A DNA stretch of 21,013 nucleotides from a virus. Lineage: Duplodnaviria > Heunggongvirae > Uroviricota > Caudoviricetes. Both the position numbers and the translations under genes were made by a program. Of the stretch, positions 16,565 to 21,013 are shown piece by piece (within the stretch, counting starts at the first letter, position 1; each line of letters starts with the position of its first letter). The stretch is from positions 90,514 through 111,526 of the IMG/VR virus record IMGVR_UViG_3300048593_000456; one strand, given 5' to 3'. Under the pieces are notes generated by a model. The model saw only the letters and a program-made list of their open reading frames with translations. It was not told the origin of the DNA and made no database searches.

Positions 16565-16918
16565 TTACTTATTACAGTCGCAGTCGCCCCCGGAGTTAAC
16601 TGCTGACCATTTTTTTAAAGGGCAAGATTCTCCAGCCCAGCTAGTTTTAATTTTTAAGAAGCATCCACACTCATTACATCGGGGATTATTTGGATCGTTA
16701 GAATTATATCTATCGCAAGATCTACATATTTCCAGACGTTTCGCCTGATCGTTATCGTTAGTCTGAGGCATTCCGCCAGCCATATGTTTTACTATAGAAG
16801 TAGAAAAATTCACAGCCTGAGTAAGAAAACCGGGTATTTCCTGCTTGGGCAAAGGGTCTTTTTTAGGAAAACTTTCAGGCTGATCAGAATAAGAAAAAAC
16901 GAAAGGTTCATTATGCAT
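16565..16918 (-). CDS. Small Cys-rich protein (CxxC...CxxCGC...CP..KW; DUF6171-like by recollection)
   Basis: RLEICRSC, RCNECGCFLKIKTSWAGESCPLKKW, ends GGDCDCNK. SD AAGAGGA upstream. Confidence 0.75.
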   Translation of the reverse strand: MHNEPFVFSYSDQPESFPKKDPLPKQEIPGFLTQAVNFSTSIVKHMAGGMPQTNDNDQAKRLEICRSCDRYNSNDPNNPRCNECGCFLKIKTSWAGESCPLKKWSAVNSGGDCDCNK

Positions 16919-17948
16919 ATATGTTTCCTCTTATTTTTAATAAAGTATTGTTATATAAAAGATATTCTATGTTAAAGTTTTCGTATAAATCTATTAGTTT
17001 TTTTACTTCTCTAAACTGACTAACCGATACAGTGGCTTTTGGATATCTCATTCCGGATATTCGAAAATCGACTGCAAAAGTCATGTATATTTTATTGTTA
17101 AAATATTGAAGTCTTATTGCGGGCCTGAGATTATATATATTTAATGCCGATAGAGGTTCTTCTTCACCTATCAAACTGGCCGATGCGGGAAAATACATAT
17201 AAAAAGCTTTACCGTCGTTTTCATTATAAACACCGTCTGTAGGTATATCCTGATAATTTTCATCGTATTTTTGACATAAACTTGTGTCTAAACCAAATTT
17301 TGCAAAAATAGTTGTCTCGGAATTATTATAATCAAATACAACATTAGAATTGTTAGTCTCATTGTACTGTGGACTGATATCGAATAAAATTTCTTTTTCT
17401 TTGACACCGGCGATTTCGCGAGCGGGAAGCTTTACATCTAAAAATACGCCCTTGATTGGCGGAAGTTTATTATACCTTTCCATGAAAAAATTTGTAATAT
17501 CTTTAATGTAGCAGTTTTTATTTATTTCTCCAAAATTAGCTGTCACTTTCAGTTCGCCAGATTTATTTATACTATCTCCGCAAAAAGTTATATCTCCAAA
17601 GTAAGCAGGGTCAAGATTAATCCGTGTTAAGTCTATATTAAACCAGTTGATGAGTGGAAGTACCGATGCTGTAAAACTAAAACTCGCTGGTGCTGTATAA
17701 ACCATTTTATTTGTTTTTGAACAACAGCAAAATTGTGTAAGTTTCGAGTTTCCTATGTCAATAAAAGATCCGCCTGTGGGGTATTTACGTATAACATCAA
17801 CTTCTGCTGTAAAACTTGATTCATTTCTATATGTTGTTCTTACGATAACTGGTTGACACGTAGGACAATCAGCAGTTTTTTCTTCCGGGCAATAATCTAA
17901 ATATTCGTTAGATCTTTTAATTGTTTTGCAAGTAGTTTCTTTTAACAT
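16911..17948 (-). CDS. Hypothetical protein, possibly virion/tail associated
   Basis: 345-aa ORF in the minus-strand block, Cys-rich N-terminus (YCPEEKTADCPTC, FCCCS), overlaps the next gene by 8 nt. Confidence 0.7.
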   Translation of the reverse strand: MLKETTCKTIKRSNEYLDYCPEEKTADCPTCQPVIVRTTYRNESSFTAEVDVIRKYPTGGSFIDIGNSKLTQFCCCSKTNKMVYTAPASFSFTASVLPLINWFNIDLTRINLDPAYFGDITFCGDSINKSGELKVTANFGEINKNCYIKDITNFFMERYNKLPPIKGVFLDVKLPAREIAGVKEKEILFDISPQYNETNNSNVVFDYNNSETTIFAKFGLDTSLCQKYDENYQDIPTDGVYNENDGKAFYMYFPASASLIGEEEPLSALNIYNLRPAIRLQYFNNKIYMTFAVDFRISGMRYPKATVSVSQFREVKKLIDLYENFNIEYLLYNNTLLKIRGNIYA

Positions 17949-17956
17949 TAGATATC

Positions 17957-18907
17957 TTAAATATTTGGCTCGTGAGTAAATCCTTCCCCTGCCGGGTTTT
18001 GAAAATTTCTTCTTAATTCACAATAGCTACGATAAATTTTTTCTCTATAATTATAAAATATCTTGTCGGGATAAGTATTTTCAGTCATTTCTGTATAATA
18101 TGTCGGATCAACAAGTAATCCGTTAGGTTCGTTTCCAGTATATACTATTAAAAATCCTGTATATTTAGTTGTGACTTTACAACAACCGCTCACTTCAAAT
18201 CCCCCCAATGTTTTACATGATGAAGAATAAGATATTATTCTTGACTGAGTATCGCATTCGGGGTCTAGAATACCAGTTTCCTGTGATTCGCTTCCTGTAA
18301 TTCCTCCCTCTACATCTAATGTAGAGCACAAGACAACTTCGTTTTTCCAGTCCAAGTCTGCTGCGTATCTATCTAAATGTTCCGATATATCCGTGGCGTT
18401 TGAATTATGTAATTCAGTAAATTTTGTATCATTAAAAGTCTGGGGGGCTTCAACTTCGGTTGTTCCTATAACTATTTGTTCGTTTTTATAATTTAAAACT
18501 ATTCTGCGAGGATCTAATCTTTCGTCGGGTATTTCTATAATTAATATATTGTTTTCTTGCGATATCTTTCCGTATTTAGCAAACATAGGCTGATAAAAGC
18601 GAATGTCGCTACCTCTATATATTGTAAAATCAGAAATAACAGATGTCGGATGAAACCTAATTCTAATTTTTCTATTTTTATAAGTTTTTCTAACCGCGAT
18701 TGGTGGAACTTGACCCGTACTATCACTCTGAACATAACTATAATAAGCAGTCCCGTCTCCCACGTAAAAATATTCAAAACAACCCATGCTTGAAATAGTT
18801 TTATTCACAGGCAGGGTGACTTTATTACCAAATAGTTCTATATCTATAGTTTTCAGTAATCTATCGCATGTACAAACACTTTTATCGCAGCATTTACAAT
18901 TTGACAT
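17957..18907 (-). CDS. Hypothetical protein, possibly virion/tail associated
   Basis: 316-aa ORF starting MSNCKCCDKSVCTC, overlaps the upstream gene by 14 nt. Confidence 0.7.
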   Translation of the reverse strand: MSNCKCCDKSVCTCDRLLKTIDIELFGNKVTLPVNKTISSMGCFEYFYVGDGTAYYSYVQSDSTGQVPPIAVRKTYKNRKIRIRFHPTSVISDFTIYRGSDIRFYQPMFAKYGKISQENNILIIEIPDERLDPRRIVLNYKNEQIVIGTTEVEAPQTFNDTKFTELHNSNATDISEHLDRYAADLDWKNEVVLCSTLDVEGGITGSESQETGILDPECDTQSRIISYSSSCKTLGGFEVSGCCKVTTKYTGFLIVYTGNEPNGLLVDPTYYTEMTENTYPDKIFYNYREKIYRSYCELRRNFQNPAGEGFTHEPNI

Positions 18908-21013
18908 TTGAGCAAGAATAATTAATTATTCTCCATTCGTAATTAATTCTGTTACATAAGACATACGTACCCTTTTTAAGCGATAATGAAGTGTCTCTAT
19001 TCATTCCAACAATAGTTTCTCCACTTTCGGTAATTTTATTATCTAGTTTTGCACCTTCTGATTCTATATAATGAGAAGATCTAACTATATTTACTACGAA
19101 TTGCTTGGGATCATCAAAAGATTCCGGAGCATTTAAATCTTCCGATAAAAACCCTTCTATAAAATCAAAACCGCTGCCCCAAGTTTTTCTTTCTTCATCC
19201 CATCTTAAATCAACCGGGCCACTTTTCCATAAATGTCTTTTCCTTCCGATTTCTTCCAACTGATTAAAGCGGTTCTCAACGTCTCCTGACGTATCATAAG
19301 GTGCAGCCTTACCGTCAAGACCCATTCCCCATCCCGAAAGCATTAGCGGGCCTCTGAGACCCATAGAACGAACCACATCCGGCTTAGCATCCTGATTGTT
19401 TAAGTTCATGTCTAAATCGGGAGTAACTTCTTCTCCATGCACGACTAAAGTAAAATCGTTTTCTGTGAAATAATAGGGATCATAATTATCAGAATTTGGA
19501 GCTTTAAAGTTAGCATCTGCTTCTGACTTCTGTAATTCAGGTCCAGATACATTTAGTGTTTTTTCTTTTCTAGATCCTACTGGTGTTAATATTTGCTCCA
19601 TAGAGCAACCGTAACTATTGCTAAAATCTCTATTGATAGCAGCCACTTGATTTTGCGGTACTCCACAATTTACAACAGTTCTTTTCTTTTCGGTTTTTGG
19701 ATCTACAACTTCTTCGTTATTTTCTAATCCGGGCTGTTCTGGTTCGTCCGGATCATTTTTTTTCTCTTCGTCTTTAGCTATGTTCGCAACCGGAAAATTA
19801 ATACCAGCATTTAAAGTTAATAAGTGCCTAAATCCTTTGCCGTAAAAACTATCTTTGTAGGGCGGTGCTGAAAAAGGACGAGGCTCCATTTTGCTTCGTA
19901 TGTTCTGCATAAATGCTATGGCACTTTTATTTATAAGTGCAAATCTATCGGCATTATATTTAGCTAGCTTGCCGAACTGCGGAGTCCAAGTATTGAAGGA
20001 GTAGGATGTAGTAATTCCTCCCGTGTTATAATTAACAGACATTCCTGTTATGTACGGTCCCGATTGTAAAAATCTATCCGCAAGATTAGACTCAGGCATA
20101 CCATAAGTTTCTACAGTTCCGGTCTCTCTTCCACTAACCTCTGCATTAACAACTGCTGCATAGGTAAGACCGACATCATTCATATTTGATATGCCGCCGT
20201 AAGTTTCAGGAGTTAAAGATTCTTCCAGAATAAATTCGGCTTTACCGTTTTTAGCCTTATAATTCCACCACGGACCCCATCTATATCTTGTGCTTTGTTG
20301 AGGTATTCCTATTTGCATTGGTGCAACTCTTGCTGGTGCTATGCCATAGTTTGTAGTTCCAGATTCTGCCGTTAAAGCAAATAAAGGCTGTAAATCTTGA
20401 AAACTATATCCGAAATAAATATTAAGTAACCAAGCAAGTCCGTTGCTTTGGGTTGTGTACTGGTCTATATGGTTAACGGCTTGAACTTCCGCAACGCAGG
20501 AAGGGCCGTTGGCTCTCCATGTTATATCCTTCTCCAAATTAATAACTGACGCTATCGCTCCTGTAGAAGTAAAAGAATAACCATTACCAAGATTCGTGTA
20601 GTCCTTGTTAAATTTATCATAGTTCCAAGAAGCAGTCGGTTTTAATCTTCCTTCACCATCGTAAAAAGATACGTCTTGGAATCCTGAGTTTTCCGACCAA
20701 GCAGCATCTGATACTTCCCAACTATTAATGTACTGAAAATCAGTTAGTACAAACTTTAGGTTATTTGCTATTCCACCCGGCTCTTGCGGTAATGATACGA
20801 AATATTTTCTGCCCCAATATTCTTCACCGGCACTTTTTATAGCATTATGTATTTTTTCTAAATCTTCATACATAAACTTGCCGACTGTTATCAGATTTTT
20901 TTGCTGGGCGTATTTAAAAGTAGAATCCATAAAATCAATTGCACTAATTTTGCCCGTGGCAATTCTATTTAAAACAAACTGATCTATTCTTACGTTTGTA
21001 AATAGTGCATTTG
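18894..21013 (-). CDS. Large protein continuing beyond the right edge; probable tail-tip/baseplate hub-like structural protein
   Basis: The frame stays open upstream of the 20930 ATG to the window edge (..NALFTNVRIDQFVLNRIATGKISAIDF-MDS..). Beta-rich segments (PYITGMSVNYNTGGITTSYSFNTWTP) resemble hub/tail-tip proteins. The product is inferred only. Confidence 0.65.
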   Translation of the reverse strand, partial: NALFTNVRIDQFVLNRIATGKISAIDFMDSTFKYAQQKNLITVGKFMYEDLEKIHNAIKSAGEEYWGRKYFVSLPQEPGGIANNLKFVLTDFQYINSWEVSDAAWSENSGFQDVSFYDGEGRLKPTASWNYDKFNKDYTNLGNGYSFTSTGAIASVINLEKDITWRANGPSCVAEVQAVNHIDQYTTQSNGLAWLLNIYFGYSFQDLQPLFALTAESGTTNYGIAPARVAPMQIGIPQQSTRYRWGPWWNYKAKNGKAEFILEESLTPETYGGISNMNDVGLTYAAVVNAEVSGRETGTVETYGMPESNLADRFLQSGPYITGMSVNYNTGGITTSYSFNTWTPQFGKLAKYNADRFALINKSAIAFMQNIRSKMEPRPFSAPPYKDSFYGKGFRHLLTLNAGINFPVANIAKDEEKKNDPDEPEQPGLENNEEVVDPKTEKKRTVVNCGVPQNQVAAINRDFSNSYGCSMEQILTPVGSRKEKTLNVSGPELQKSEADANFKAPNSDNYDPYYFTENDFTLVVHGEEVTPDLDMNLNNQDAKPDVVRSMGLRGPLMLSGWGMGLDGKAAPYDTSGDVENRFNQLEEIGRKRHLWKSGPVDLRWDEERKTWGSGFDFIEGFLSEDLNAPESFDDPKQFVVNIVRSSHYIESEGAKLDNKITESGETIVGMNRDTSLSLKKGTYVLCNRINYEWRIINYSCSNVKL

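Larger units (their letters stand above)
1..21013. mobile_element. Segment of a large dsDNA bacteriophage (or prophage-like) genome
   Basis: Own DnaE, exonuclease, SSB and SSAP-like genes lie next to a convergent block of G/S/T/N-rich and Cys-rich hypothetical genes typical of virion proteins. Coding density is near 100%, with bacterial SD motifs and an intrinsic terminator. There are no cellular housekeeping genes in a normal chromosomal context. Confidence 0.85.

Noticed and set aside
16576-16588. Tandem CAGTCG repeat
   Set aside because: Only two copies; it simply encodes Asp-Cys-Asp-Cys at the end of the 16565-16918 gene.
45-18793. Short alternative ORFs in the track (e.g. 45-449 -, 1229-1456 -, 3065-3250 -, 4208-4501 -, 5149-5340 -, 7792-8013 -, 8570-8965 -, 9832-10086 -, 10944-11373 -, 11713-11947, 12472-12708 -, 13737-14490, 15309-15509 +, 15903-16118 -, 16536-16975 +, 18541-18793)
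   Set aside because: All lie antisense or out of frame within longer ORFs that have recognisable motifs and coupled junctions. None shows a family motif or its own expression signals.
1-21013. Stop-codon reassignment (TAG or TGA read-through), as in some large phages
   Set aside because: Under code 11 the genes are full length and tile the window. TAA, TAG (683, 14698) and TGA (7065, 9125, 11059, 12744, 13983) all end genes at sensible positions.
1-21013. tRNA, rRNA, CRISPR array or structured ncRNA
   Set aside because: The intergenic gaps are under 60 nt, and no cloverleaf, spaced direct repeats or long hairpins other than the 15552-15576 terminator were seen.

Overview
A gene-dense, AT-rich segment (about 33-35% GC from sampled lines) most consistent with a large tailed dsDNA bacteriophage genome in standard code 11. 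No rRNA, tRNA or CRISPR array is evident. The + strand (1-14698) is one run of overlapping or abutting genes. It begins with the tail of a Cys-containing gene, a PD-(D/E)XK nuclease, a GNAT-like protein, a DEDDh 3'-5' exonuclease, a Pol III alpha (DnaE) and a tail-less SSB. A nine-gene glycosylation cassette follows (3x GT4, a methyltransferase-like protein, a GT-A-like protein, GT2, a nucleotidyltransferase, a CgeB-like GT and a GT-B-like half domain). The run ends with an HTH/Vsr-DUF559-type endonuclease and a probable Rad52-superfamily single-strand annealing protein. The - strand (14688-21013) holds probable virion/tail genes with Cys-rich termini, an intrinsic terminator and a membrane-anchored HExxH metallopeptidase. 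The top candidate system is the multi-glycosyltransferase cassette translationally coupled to the phage replisome (DNA hypermodification or virion/host-surface glycosylation). The window also shows strong CCGG enrichment and near absence of GCGC. Family calls come from motif recognition by eye, not database searches.
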